From the NCBI GenBank assembly GCA_030324005.1, contig JARDVH010000110.1:21826989-21890988 (forward strand): a stretch of 64,000 bases of DNA. The letters run 5' to 3'. The position numbers and the translations under genes were made by a program. How positions within the stretch are numbered: position 1 is the stretch's first letter; every line of letters starts with the position of its first letter. The notes under the pieces are model-generated. The model was not told the origin of the DNA. It did no database searches and saw nothing but the letters and a program-made list of their open reading frames with translations. The DNA is from Negaprion brevirostris. Taxonomy: Eukaryota. Below, piece by piece: positions 51,130-63,039 of the stretch.

Positions 51130-51600
51130 CTCTTGCTTTTGTGCCCAGCAGATGGTGAGATTCTACGAATGTCACCAGCAAATTGAAAGGAAGAGCCAGA
51201 GATGAAGAAATTAAGGATTGTTGTGACCTTGACCACCTCTGGTCGTGCGTGCTTACCTGGTCTGCTTGGAAGGCAATCTCAGACATTGTTACTCAGTCAT
51301 ATTCGGAACCTTAATTCTCCACCTGAAAGCCCTGCGCTGAGATTATCATCTCCTATGAGTTAAAGCTTTGTTCATGCCTCTGTCATGTGGGCTAGAAAAA
51401 GCTTGAGTAGAAGGCTGCTGTTGGTGCTGCTCCTGTGGGTGCTGCTCCTAGGGGTGCTGCACTTACAAGTACTGCTCCTATGGTTGCTGCGCCTCTGGTT
51501 GTTGCTTCTATGGGTGCTGCTCCTACAGGTGCTGCTCCTGTTGGCATTGCTCCTGTGGTGCTACTTCTGCTGATGATCCTCCTCCTGTTCCTCATCAGAG
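51130..51600 (-). mobile_element. Harbinger transposase N-terminal remnant
   Basis: NMTE*QCLRL and VKVTTILNFFISGSSFQFAGDIRRISPSAGHK; homologous to 33190-33540. Confidence 0.75.
51413..51560. repeat. 15-bp minisatellite (GGTGCTGCTCCTNNG), about 9-10 units
   Basis: Direct reading; gives (GAAPx)n ORFs on both strands. Confidence 0.9.
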
Positions 51601-52767
51601 GTCAAAGGCAGAGTTGCATAAGCTGCTTCCATGCTACTAAGAAAGCTGAGAGCAGGGAACTATTAATCAAAGGCAAAAAACCCCAAAGCTGCCGAAATGA
51701 CCTCCAAAATATCGCCTGCAAAGCACTGAAAGCACACTCCAAGTCCTATGAACACAAACTTTTTATTTTGGCATGGAAGTGCAGCTGTCGTATTCCAGCA
51801 ATACAATTTTTTTGCCTGTCATTTGCTCCCCTCCCTGAATCTATGCTGTCCTCTCACTCACTTTGTTTTACCTGGTGAGTGCAATAAAGAATCCTGGCTT
51901 AAAAGTGCACTTAAATAGCATTGAAAATATTTAAATTTCAGGTATGCCTGTTCCCATACATTGAGGAATGCATTAAAGTTCAATACTCAACTCCTGACAT
52001 GCTGGCTGTTTCAAGTCTTTTAACTAGCCATCTGCATGGACACCCACCAAACTCACCCTCACCCCATTTATATTCGAATGCATGAACGTATATTTACTCT
52101 TCAAATCACCACTAGCGCCTTCTTAAAAAAATATTGATATGGCACACCCTGCAATATTTCACACCTATTGCCATATTCACTAACTTCTATTCCAAGAAGA
52201 AAGTAGCTACTAAAACATTGAAAAATGTTTCTTTAAGTCAAAATATGTTATTCCACAGAAGATTTCATTTCACTCTTCACCCCTTCTTAAAAACACCAAT
52301 CCAGTTATACCTTCAGTCACATCTAAAAGCTTCACTTTGCTTTACTGAGTCAATAAAATCCTAAAAATTATTATTGGATCTAGCCATACTTATAAAGCTA
52401 AAATCAACTTGAAGTTGATCCACAACAAAGCCACCAGCTTGTTCGCCACTTTACTTACATCTGTTCTTGCTGTGCTGCTCTTCCCTCAGCACTGCTGCCT
52501 GCTAACCACCGACCTAATGCTTCCCACTCATCTATGAAATATTGGCAGGCTTTCCAAGTCATGCTCACTTCCGCCCTGCTGATTAAATGTTATCTCTAAT
52601 TCCGCAGCAATACTGCCCCTGCAGTTAAACTTGTGCTGCATTCCAAATACAATCTACCTGACTCCCAACTTGAGAGCTGCAGGAAATTAGGGCAAAATCT
52701 AAGCGAGCTGAAAGTGGCCTTTTAAGCAGCTTGCCTTGGCTTCCAATCAGCTTCTCCGAGTGGAGAA

Positions 52768-52818
52768 CTATATTGAAAAGGTGATTATATTGAAAAGTCG
52801 ATTATATTGAAAAGTCGA
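52768..52818. repeat. 17-bp tandem repeat x3
   Basis: TATATTGAAAAGTCGAT units. Confidence 0.9.
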
Positions 52819-53664
52819 AGCACAACATCTGAATGATGGAAAATCCCAAGCGCATCACTTATAAAGGACCAGATCACTGATCAAAGAAACTGATACCAAG
52901 TAATGGATTGAATTTTGTGGGGACTGCAGGTGCGGGCTGGTAAGTGGAGTGGTGGCCAAAGAAATTGAGAGGGTGGGCAAAATTGTCACAAAATGACCAG
53001 TTTTACATCTTGCTGGACACAATACTTAGCACATCTAAGTAGTATTAAAGTAACGCCAGTCTGGAAATAGATTTCACACATATGGACTGAAACTTTTGTC
53101 ACAGAGGAAGGTAGCTCATCGGGAAACTTATCAACTCAGTGGACCCACCTCCACAGTAAGTATCCCGTCAAATGTAATCTCCACACCGTGTGGGCATGTG
53201 GATGTGGGGTAGAGTAAGGCTGTTCACCCACAGAAGCTGATTGGAGGCCATAGGGGCAGCTGAATACAAAGGCAGGCTGTTTAAAAGGCCAGTTTCAGAT
53301 TTCTTAGATTTTGCATTATTTGTTTGTTATACTTTAGGCCTCTATTCCCCTTCCCTAAGACTCTATCAGCTCCCCAGCCACTCCAGACACCACCACCATG
53401 CCAATTCATACCAACTCCTGCCCCCCCCACCAACCTTAATTGCCCCTCATACTCCTGATGCCAATTTATGGCACTTCCATACTGAGAGCACAGATTCCAA
53501 AAAAAAATTATGTGAGTAGGTTCTTTGACACAGTCGGGAGAAGATTGGCAGCTTTGTGATGTTACAATATGCTATTTTGTTCTGTGATCTCTTTTATTGA
53601 TGGCTCAATGTTTATTTGCACAATTGTTACAAGCACAGAAGATGTCATTGCTGAACAGGCCAGA

Positions 53665-53750
53665 CCCTACAGATGCTATCAGATCTGTTGAGATTTTCCA
53701 GCACTTTCTGTTTTTGTTTCAGATTCCTGCATCTGCAGTATTTTGAATTT
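53665..53750 (+). mobile_element. Penelope terminal fragment
   Basis: ACAGATGCTATCAGATCTGTTGAGATTTTCCAGCAC is the reverse homologue of 17880-17925. Confidence 0.65.
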
Positions 53751-54009
53751 ACCCCAGAGTGAGGTCTGTCTCACTGATCATCATTTTTTTTAAATTCTGA
53801 AAACAAGGAGGAAGAGCTACTGACTCCAAAAGTGCAGGCCCCCAGTTACTCCTTTAGAATTAAAAAAAAGATTTATTAAAGAGAAGAAAAGCTTAAACAG
53901 ATAAGATTGAAGTTACACAGTTAAAACAGTCTTACAGAACGCCCCTTAAAAAATCTTGCTCGGTCAAAAGTAAATAACCTTTTTTGGCAAGAGCCCGCTA
54001 TTGATTTTT

Positions 54010-54260
54010 TTTAACTGTGAAAATCCCCTATTCGCCATGCTCCAGCGCCTGTTCGGGTACATTGAGGGAGAATTTAGCATGGCCAATGTACTTAATCAGC
54101 ATGTCTTTCAGACTGTGGGAGGAAACCGGAGCATCTGGAGGAAACCCATGCAGTCATGTGGAGAATGTGCAGACTTCACATAGACAGTGACCCAAGCCAG
54201 GAATCGAACTTTGGCTGCTGGCACTGTGAGGCAGCAGTGCTGACCACTGTGCCACAGTAC
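54010..54260 (-). mobile_element. HE1/V-SINE type B inside an AT-rich LTR-like repeat (~53760-54940)
   Basis: Full HE1 head and V-domain; host repeat has minus-strand AATAAA at ~53872. Confidence 0.8.
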
Positions 54261-55289
54261 CCCCCACCCATAAAAATCCAAGTTGAAGGTTTGTCACTGT
54301 AATAAAGATACATCACACAAATTCTGAAACATCGTCACTTTAATGTATTTCCAAAAAGTAAGTTCAAAAACAAAGTTTTGTGAAAACAGGGGCCCTTCTG
54401 CTAAACACTGATTGGCTGCCTTCAGTTCAAAACTTTCATAACTTGCACAAAGAAGCTTGTCTTCAAGGCTTTTCCCCCGTAGCCACCATAACTTAGTTAA
54501 ACATCCTTCCTTAAGTATCCTTCTCCCCTTTCACTTCAGGTTCCATTGACCTCAAACCCCTCCTTTGAATTCAATTTCTTCATGTATAAAAAATCTTTCA
54601 TGCTTTTCTATTTTGCCTCTGTGTCCAGCTCAATAAAATTTAATATATATTTCCCTGTTTGCCCATGAAACCTTTGTAAGATGTAAAAGTTCCTTATCAT
54701 CTCTGAACTCCCTTTTGAAATTCAACAGCTAAAAGACCAACTTTTTCATCTTTCTCACGATACCAATTTTAGATCCAACCTATTTGCTTGTAACTCAAAC
54801 TCACCATAACCTCTCACTAGAAATTAATCAACATAATACCTTTAAAACTTTTATCTTTTAGTCTTCACAGACAACCTGTCTCTAGGTCCCTTCCCCCTGT
54901 TCAGTTAACCCTGGACACAGATATATGCACACATGTCATCTCTCAAGTTGAAGGGATGGCAGCTATTTACAGCTTCTGCAGTTGACACTTTAAAGGTCCG
55001 ATTAATTAATGCTTTAATATAGTTGTAGCAACAGCTTTTTTGTTTAGAAAATTACAAATAGGTGTGTTTTTAAGCAGTTCCACAGATGCTGTTATTATCC
55101 TAAGATGCATTGGTTCTGTATCGAGTATTTACTGGGTGAATTGGTAGGGAAGTGCTATGAGTTGTCATGGAGGGGGCAGGAGGCATGGGTAAGACCATTT
55201 AACCTTCCATTTCAAAAGGTTCCCACATTGAGATTATGGTTTATGACTCCTCTCCAGGGCCATGAATCACAGTCATGGAGAATATGGCC

Positions 55290-55577
55290 TGAGTCCAGGG
55301 ACCTGGGTTCGATTCGAAGTTTGGATCACACTGTCTGTGTGGAGTTTGCACATTCTCCTGGTGTCTGCATGGGTTTCCTCCGGGTGGTCTGGTTTCCTCC
55401 ACAGTCCAAAAATGTGTGGGTTAGGTTGATTGGCTATGCTAAATTAACCCTTAGTGTCCTAGGATGTGATAGGTTAGAAGGATTAGCTAAGCAGGGTTAG
55501 GGCTTGGATGGGATTGGTGTCAGTGCAGACTGTTTGGGCCGAATGGACTCCTTCTGCACTGTAGGGATTCTATGATC
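55290..55577 (+). mobile_element. HE1 SINE, tail type A, 5' truncated
   Basis: CCAGGGACCTGGGTTCGATTC, V-domain, CTGCACTGTAGGGATTCTATGAT. Confidence 0.88.
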
Positions 55578-57379
55578 CTCAAAAATCATTGGGAGGGCGT
55601 ATGGGGTGCTAGGATATTCCTACCCCCACAATGGAGCCAGCCAGGTCAGGAGTGGAGGCGGTGGCTAGCTGCCTACACCCTTATCACACACCTACAAAAA
55701 TTGGGGACACCAGGGATGGTAGCCCACTGCCATTTCTAAATGGTTTTGGAGTCCACAAACTTCTATCCTATTGGCTTTCACATATGGCACAGCTTTGATA
55801 CAATGAGTAATTGTTTAAACTTCCTTCATTGCTAGATTAATCCATATAAATTCCTTTCTGCTTCTTGTAATATTATTTTCATGACTTCAATGTCAGCCTC
55901 ATGAAGTGGATCTATTTTGTGTTAACAAAGAATGCAACAAGATGACAGCATATCCAACCTGGNNNNNNNNNNAACCTGGTTGACATTCTATCAAATGTGA
56001 TCCTGAGCGTAGCTACAGGGAGTACAATTTGCACTTGCATTTTCTAGTCCTCGCAATATGCAAATATTGAACAAGAACTGTGAAGCAGCTTGACTCCTCG
56101 ACCTTTACCAGTGTGGTAACTGCAGTGTGTGAAGCGTATTGTTAACACATCCAGATTTCTAGGTTTTGCCATTTTGAATAAGTCCTGTTATCCAGAGAGA
56201 TAGAACAGTTGTCCTTGGAAAGAAAGATATTGAGTAGTTTCATGACTTTTCATACAAGAAGCTAGAAGTAGGTTACATGTACCACCTAGCCAACCCAGAA
56301 AATAGAAAGACATTGATACATCCCATGTGGGCTGTCAATGGCTGTAAACTGATAGTGTAAGAGCAAGAAGTTTATTTCTCCAATAGGATAATCTATAATC
56401 AATGTTAGATTGATTAATATAAAGATATTAGCGATGATATGTATCACAAAAGACAGTTCCTGCCTTTGATTATTATAGCGTATAAAGTTACTTAATTCAA
56501 TTTTATTACCAGTTAATAGTTTTTGCAGAAAATCATATTCTTCAGCTGATCCACTTGAAATGACTGCAACAAAAGCAGAAAATAATGAAAGCACTCACCA
56601 ATATTTTCTATTTGTGCTTCAGATTTCCTGAATTTTTATTTCAAGTGACTGCAAGTTTGATTGAAAAAACATCTGAGGAGTTACTCAATCGAACCATGTC
56701 AGAATGTGATCTGAAGCAAAAAGAATATGAATGAATTTAACACATCAGAACAGTCCATGCAGCTACTCAGTGCAATGGTTAACTTCCATCTGACAGCCGA
56801 TTCAATTTGCTGGGTAGATGTTAAATGAAGTTGCCAAAGTGGGAGAAGATTTCACAGCAGGTATCCCTGTGGATATCACTATCCTTACTATTGCAGTATA
56901 TTTCAATGTTGATATTCATTCCAGCGAACTGTAACATTAAAAAAGAATGCATGAATATCAAACTGACGTTGATTTTGAAGAGGCATACCTGCTCATATAA
57001 GGAAATTAATTAAATCCTACAAAAAGCCGTTTGTTAACATTTGACTGTTTAGACTGGGCTAATGATAGCTCTAACAAAGGGTACAATTTAGTAACTGTGG
57101 ATTTCTCTTAACCTATTTCCAAACTTAATATAGATCACTTTCTAGGAGATAATATTTTCATTCCTTTTCGTCAGTCATTGTTCTTTCTGAACTGAACCTG
57201 TCAGATTAGGAGCTAACCTTTTATAGAGTGGCTTGAGACTGACATTTTCCTGAACTTTATTAAAGTGTGGCTTGTAACAACAGGATCTCATCCCTATTCC
57301 TTGGATTTAATATAAAATCCTGGGATTGGGGTACAGACTAGAACTAATAACTTCTGTGAAGGTGCTGTGCCCGAAAGCA

Positions 57380-57575
57380 GGATCTTGACTCATTGTCAGC
57401 TGATGCTTTATTCTGAGCCATGTTTCTTGGCAGTTTTGTCAGTAGTGGTTGGCCATTGCCTTTTACTTTCAGGGGCAGAGCAAGGAGTCAAATTCCATGT
57501 TCACCTTGGCCAGTATGGGAATTGAACCAACACAGTTGTTGTTACTCTAAACTATACGCTAGCCACCCTCTGAAC
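57380..57575 (-). mobile_element. Old tRNA-derived SINE (third family)
   Basis: Minus-strand B-box GGTTCAATTCCC preceded by AGAGTAACAACAA; similar head on the plus strand at ~58010-58055. Confidence 0.5.
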
Positions 57576-58557
57576 TCTCTGAACTTCATGCTAGCTGCTC
57601 TCTGAACTACACGCCAGCCACCTGAGCTCACCAGCCCCCGCATAGTATAATTACACATATTAAACAGTATTACAATAAACTTCATACAATCCTGACATAG
57701 GGCCTCAATATCTCTTAGTTGCACATGGGAAAATTGCCTAATAAAGATCCTGCTCGGGATCAATTCAGCAAGACTTTATCTGCCTTCAAATCAGCCTTGT
57801 TTTACTGTGCCCATGACCATTTGAAATTTACATCTTGGAGATAAGACAGACTGAAGCCGGGATCCAATACCAGTGGGATTTCAAAATCATAGTCACTATG
57901 GTTGTCTCGGGATCTGATGCTTCCAGGATAATTTAAACTTTTAAAGCTCTGGTGGCGGGGAAGGGAGCAGTAAGTATGTAACCTCATGATATTTTTGTTA
58001 TCACATTTTCTATGTGGTTCAGAGTAACAACAATGGTGTGTGTCCAATTCCCATGTTTGCTGCCAATTAACAGCCCATTCATTTGGGTAAGGGGCTATAA
58101 GGGGTCTTGTGACTGACCTACCTCAACTCCACAGCCTCTCACTGTCCCTTTATCCCTTAATTCCATGATATTGATCTCCACCTTGAAAATGCTCAACAAC
58201 TCAGCATCCACAACTCTTTGGGACGGGGAATTTCAAATATTCACAACTGATTTGACCGATTATCTTAAATTTGTTGTTAGCACACTCAGGATGGTTTGGG
58301 TTTTGCAAGCATAGGCTGGTTGAACATGGTCTGTACTCTTTTAAGATAATTTAAGATAACCAGTCAAGCTCATGAAGTGGCTTTTTAATGTTTTCAAGAA
58401 GTGACATACATTTAAAAGCAGGGATCTGTTCAATGTAATCAGAAGGAATATGTTCAAGCATTTTTTAAGTTACCTGCAAATGTGGGGAACCTATAGTTCA
58501 TCATTGCTTTCTCCATGACAATGCCTTTGATTTGCCAACCAATCAGCATCTCTTATA

Positions 58558-59200
58558 TCCGAAGGGATATATTGGCCTTGGAGGGAGTGCAGAGAAGGTT
58601 CACCAGGTTGATACCGGAGATGAGGGGGTTAGCTTATGAGGNNNNNNNNNNNNNNNNNNNNNNNNNNNNNNNNNNNNNNNNNNNNNNNNNNNNNNNNNNN
58701 NNNNNNNNNNNNNNNNNNNNNNNNNNNNNNNNNNNNNNNNNNNNNNNNNNNNNNNNNNNNNNNNNNNNNNNNNNNNNNNNNNNNNNNNNNNNNNNNNNNN
58801 NNNNNNNNNNNNNNNNNNNNNNNNNNNNNNNNNNNNNNNNNNNNNNNNNNNNNNNNNNNNNNNNNNNNNNNNNNNNNNNNNNNNNNNNNNNNNNNNNNNN
58901 NNNNNNNNNNNNNNNNNNNNNNNNNNNNNNNNNNNNNNNNNNNNNNNNNNNNNNNNNNNNNNNNNNNNNNNNNNNNNNNNNNNNNNNNNNNNNNNNNNNN
59001 NNNNNNNNNNNNNNNNNNNNNNNNNNNNNNNNNNNNNNNNNNNNNNNNNNNNNNNNNNNNNNNNNNNNNNNNNNNNNNNNNNNNNNNNNNNNNNNNNNNN
59101 NNNNNNNNNNNNNNNNNNNNNNNNTCTTATTGAATGGTGGGGCAGGCTCGAGGGGCTAGATGGCCTACTCCTGCTCCTATTTCTTACGTTCTTATGTTCT
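58558..59200 (+). mobile_element. Young CR1 3' portion, mostly in gap
   Basis: RRDILALEGVQRRFTRLIPEMRGLAYE; tail GGCTCGAGGGGCTAGATGGCCTACTCCTGCTCCTATTTCTTACGTTCTTATGTTCTT. Confidence 0.9.
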
Positions 59201-60149
59201 TTCTCCTAGAGAATGAATTGTTGTTGTTTGAATTTTAGAATTCTTACATTTGTTCTGAAGAATGCAGGATGAAAAGCTTCAGCAACATATCTCTCTAACA
59301 AAATTTAGAAGACAAATAATTCACATGACAAAATATTGAATTTCACATTTGTATGTCACTTTTTAAATCAAATGTGTGAACTTTGAAAACTTATACTTAT
59401 TTTTCTTGCAATCTCATGGTGCATTTGATCATCACAATGTTTCAGTTTTTAATTTTGCTGTCATCCTAATGACAGGTTTGCTAAAACTTTTTGTTTTCTT
59501 ATTTTTTTTTCACTTTACCATTAAGCTATCAGAATAGTGCTCCATAATGTCTATATATACACTCTCTCCTGATTCACTGCCTGACCTTTTCAGTTGCTCC
59601 AGGCCAATACTGTTGAGATCAATACTTCAATTGCCAAGACAGATTATCAAAGCTGGAACTAAACTGACGCATAGGGTCACTTTCTGATTGAGCTTGCAAT
59701 ATGCTGATGCCATTTCTGAGCTAGTTGTATTGTTAAGTCTGGCATTCGTGATGAATGATACAGTTTGTAGTGGCCCATGTTCAATCCACCAATCCTAAAT
59801 GAACACATTGACTTTGCAGTCATAACCGAGCAAGGGTAAATAGGCTTTGAAGAACAGTAATGATTTTCATTGTCAACTATTTATAGCTAAATGGTAAACC
59901 TTGTATTTAAAATTTTGTTATAAGAAGTAAACAAAAGAATCTCCCAAATGTTTTCCAATATGCAAAGGAGCCATCAGCGGTGCCATATCACAAAACACCT
60001 GATAACCTTCTCACTGGTGCTCTCAGTTCATGCTCCTCCGAACCACTCCACTCCAGATCTTATTACCACTGATAAGGCTGAAGACAGGAGTGCAATTGAA
60101 TATTCACCACTTGCCAGGATACAAGCAATGGTAACAACAGAAAAAGAAC

Positions 60150-60225
60150 AAATTCATATAGTGCCTTTCACAAATTCAGGGTGCCTCAAAGTGCTTCAGA
60201 GCCAATAAAGTACTCGTGAAGGGTG
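60150..60225 (-). mobile_element. DeuSINE (SacSINE1/AmnSINE1-like) 3' tail fragment
   Basis: Minus strand GTACTTTATTGGCTCTGAAGCACTTTGAGGCACCCTGA...GTGAAAGGCACTATATGAAT resembles the recalled DeuSINE tail. Confidence 0.55.
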
Positions 60226-61739
60226 AGTGGAAAAACACGCAGAATGCTTTAATTTGCGATATCCCAGGCAGAATAATTTGCCTGATTTGTACTCCTGCTG
60301 CAATATCCACCTCCCTTGGAAATCACTATTTTTGTAATGAAGAGCCTTAGTGTAGAAAGTTGCTCTTTGGAATATTCCCCACTGAAATTGGGCATTGACT
60401 TTGTTTTTGTTTCAATTCCCTTAGGGGGCAAGGTGGCCCCTTAGCTTACAGTGACCAGGTTGGTAATTGTACATGGATAGGTCTGAGCGATGACACAGAT
60501 TCAGCATGACATTTAGCTGCTGGGACCCAAACTGATATGACAATATAAATCTCTATCTTATTTATCACATCACACAGTTTAGGTGTAATTGGTGGAATTG
60601 AATGCCCCTCCACAGTGAAGTTAGAGATGGCAAAAGCTGTGTGTAGGATGGCAATCACATCACCCTGTGGTTTCCCTTCAGTTAAGTCCAGGATGGGAAG
60701 ACTTGTGAGAGGCCTTNNNNNNNNNNGAAGCCAATTGAAACCTTGTGTTTGTCAGAGAACAACCAATGATTCTATGATCATGGGCACCCTGTGCCCATTT
60801 GAAGGACTAGGCATTGGGAAGATGGCCCTGCAGGAAACCAACTGCTATTTTAACAGGACTCCATGGAGAAAAGTGATACAGGATTCCTATCAGTTCTCCA
60901 ACTGGTAGGCGAGAGACCTGTTGCCCACGTCCTGACTAATCAGTGACAAGCCTATTAACTGCTTATAGTCTCTTTCAGCTCCTCTACTGGCAAGTTCTAT
61001 CACACCCATGAGGCGTACTTCCCTCATAATGTTACATTTAACATGCAGTACCCTGAATTCATTTTACTAACCTTCAAATGACATTAGCAAGATGTCACAC
61101 TCTTTATTCACTCAAGTTAGAAATTGCAAGCTTTTCGAAATACATTAAACTTTGCATGTAATTTTCATCCTATTTAACATTGGGTACAGAAATTTTCTCA
61201 CAGATAAAATTCTTAATCAATTGTGAATGTAAACTGTAACTTTTATGGAATGAAGAAGCAGTATCAGGTTATCATAGTGTAAATGCTGGCTATAGGATAG
61301 TAACAAGTGCTCACTCACTTGGTTAATGGTATGTTTTATATATAATTATCATCCTAGTATTTCTCTGTTTAATGTATTACAATAAGTTTTTGTATATTTG
61401 CAGAGTGAATAGCTGCCAAATGCAGCTATTCATTGCTGTAGCAAGTCAAGCAAATGCTGCTGTTTATAAGCCTGAACACATTTGCCCTATGAATAATCAG
61501 TAGCTTCTATATCAATGCAGTGACAGGCCCTTATCCGTTATGTAAACAATGTAAGAAAACAAATAAAACAGTAAGTTAAATTGCCCTTACACAGCTGAAC
61601 AAACAACACTACTAAAGTGTGAACATAACCATGACTTCAATTGCAAACTTTCATACTTCTATTTGGACTCTGTAATTTTTCCTTTGTTTATGCATTTAAA
61701 GCAGAAAGTTATTATCAACTTTTAAACAATTTTTTTCAG

Positions 61740-62070
61740 CCAATTTCTGCTCTTCCTTTCATTCATGGGGAGGACTCATTGCCAAGTGGTGATGAGCCAT
61801 ACATTAACCTTGATGATGACTGTTGACAAGTTGTTTTTCCATGGGGACCATCATATTTGAGCCTCATCTGGCATTCAACCTGAATTGTGGGATGCCATCT
61901 GGGGATGGCGAATACCAAGCTGCTTTCCTCCAACCTAAATTGGCGTTCCCGAGACTCCGCTTCTGAGATCAGTTAACTCAATTCAGCTCAGGGATTGAAA
62001 CAGTGAGCTTATTTTCCTCTTGTCAGTCAGCAACTCGTTGGTCAAACTGCATTAGCTGTTTGGGAGCTAT
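61740..62070 (-). mobile_element. Old tRNA-derived SINE (fourth family)
   Basis: Minus strand GTTTCAATCCCTGAGCTGAATTGAGTTAACTGATCTCAG (B-box-like plus body). Confidence 0.45.
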
Positions 62071-63039
62071 GGAGAATGGGGGTGGGCGGGGGAATCAACA
62101 TTTTAATCTAGTTGGTTGTTTAAACTTTCCAGAAGGCCAAAGCTGACGTAAATAGTATATTTTGCTTTAGATCAATAAAATTCTGTACTCAGCCAGCATC
62201 AACAGTGGAAGTTAGATAAGCCTATGAATCCCATAATAAGATCATTTTAATCCTTTCATATTCAGAAACTTTTTCCGATGGATAATTTTTCTGAGGTGGA
62301 GATCCCCACTCTATTATTGCAGTGGTGTATGATTACCATGCTTCATAAAACAGAAAAGCTGAAAATCATCTTAATTTTACTCATTGAACTCTGGACAAGA
62401 AAAACAGATGGAAGAGAACAACTGGCAAACAAAAAAAAAGAACCAATAAGCAGAGATAAAAGAGAGTATGAATGAAGAACAAATTAAGGGATGACAAATC
62501 ATGAACACAAATTAGAACAGTACAAGTAGGAACAACAACAGTATATATGAAAAATATTTTTTTCATAGAATAAACTGTATCACTTCATTTGGAATTATTT
62601 TCAGTAAATATAGTGTTTTATGGTGTTTTCTGAAACAATTTTGCTACAGCTTTTCATGTTCATACATGAATGTTACTGAAGCTTGCAAGTGGTTCCATAA
62701 ATATTTAATCAATTAATTCACTAGTATATCAAACTGTGCTGACTACGGGAGGGATACTTTGGGAAAGAACATCTTTCATATTGACAAGTTGCATGGAGGT
62801 TAATAGCTGGAATGTTTGTTCATGACTGTTGCATCTGGAGGGCACCTTCAGTAAATTACTGTTATCCTGAAATTTTGAAAATTCATGACAGGAACACCAT
62901 GATCAATAATGTTTGTAGAATCCATCCATCTCCTAGTGACTATTTTTCTAAATGATCCTGCAAAATTAACAATAACGACTTTTTCCATCAACTGAGTCTA
63001 GTAGAAATTTCAAACGTTTAACCTCCTACCACATGTACA

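Noticed and set aside
51435-51878. (GAAPx)n ORF as an antifreeze- or elastin-like gene
   Set aside because: Lies antisense within a Harbinger remnant; no signal peptide or exon structure.
52768-52818. CRISPR-like repeat array
   Set aside because: Simple head-to-tail tandem repeat with no spacers, in vertebrate DNA.
57802-58047. 81-aa minus-strand ORF with an acceptor-like CCCGCCACCAG
   Set aside because: No recognisable homology; begins in a SINE head fragment.
58515-59159. Long ORFs in the ORF track (also 1217-1906, 6310-6936, 10140-10536, 30626-31186)
   Set aside because: Their length comes from runs of N; the real parts are TE-derived or low complexity.
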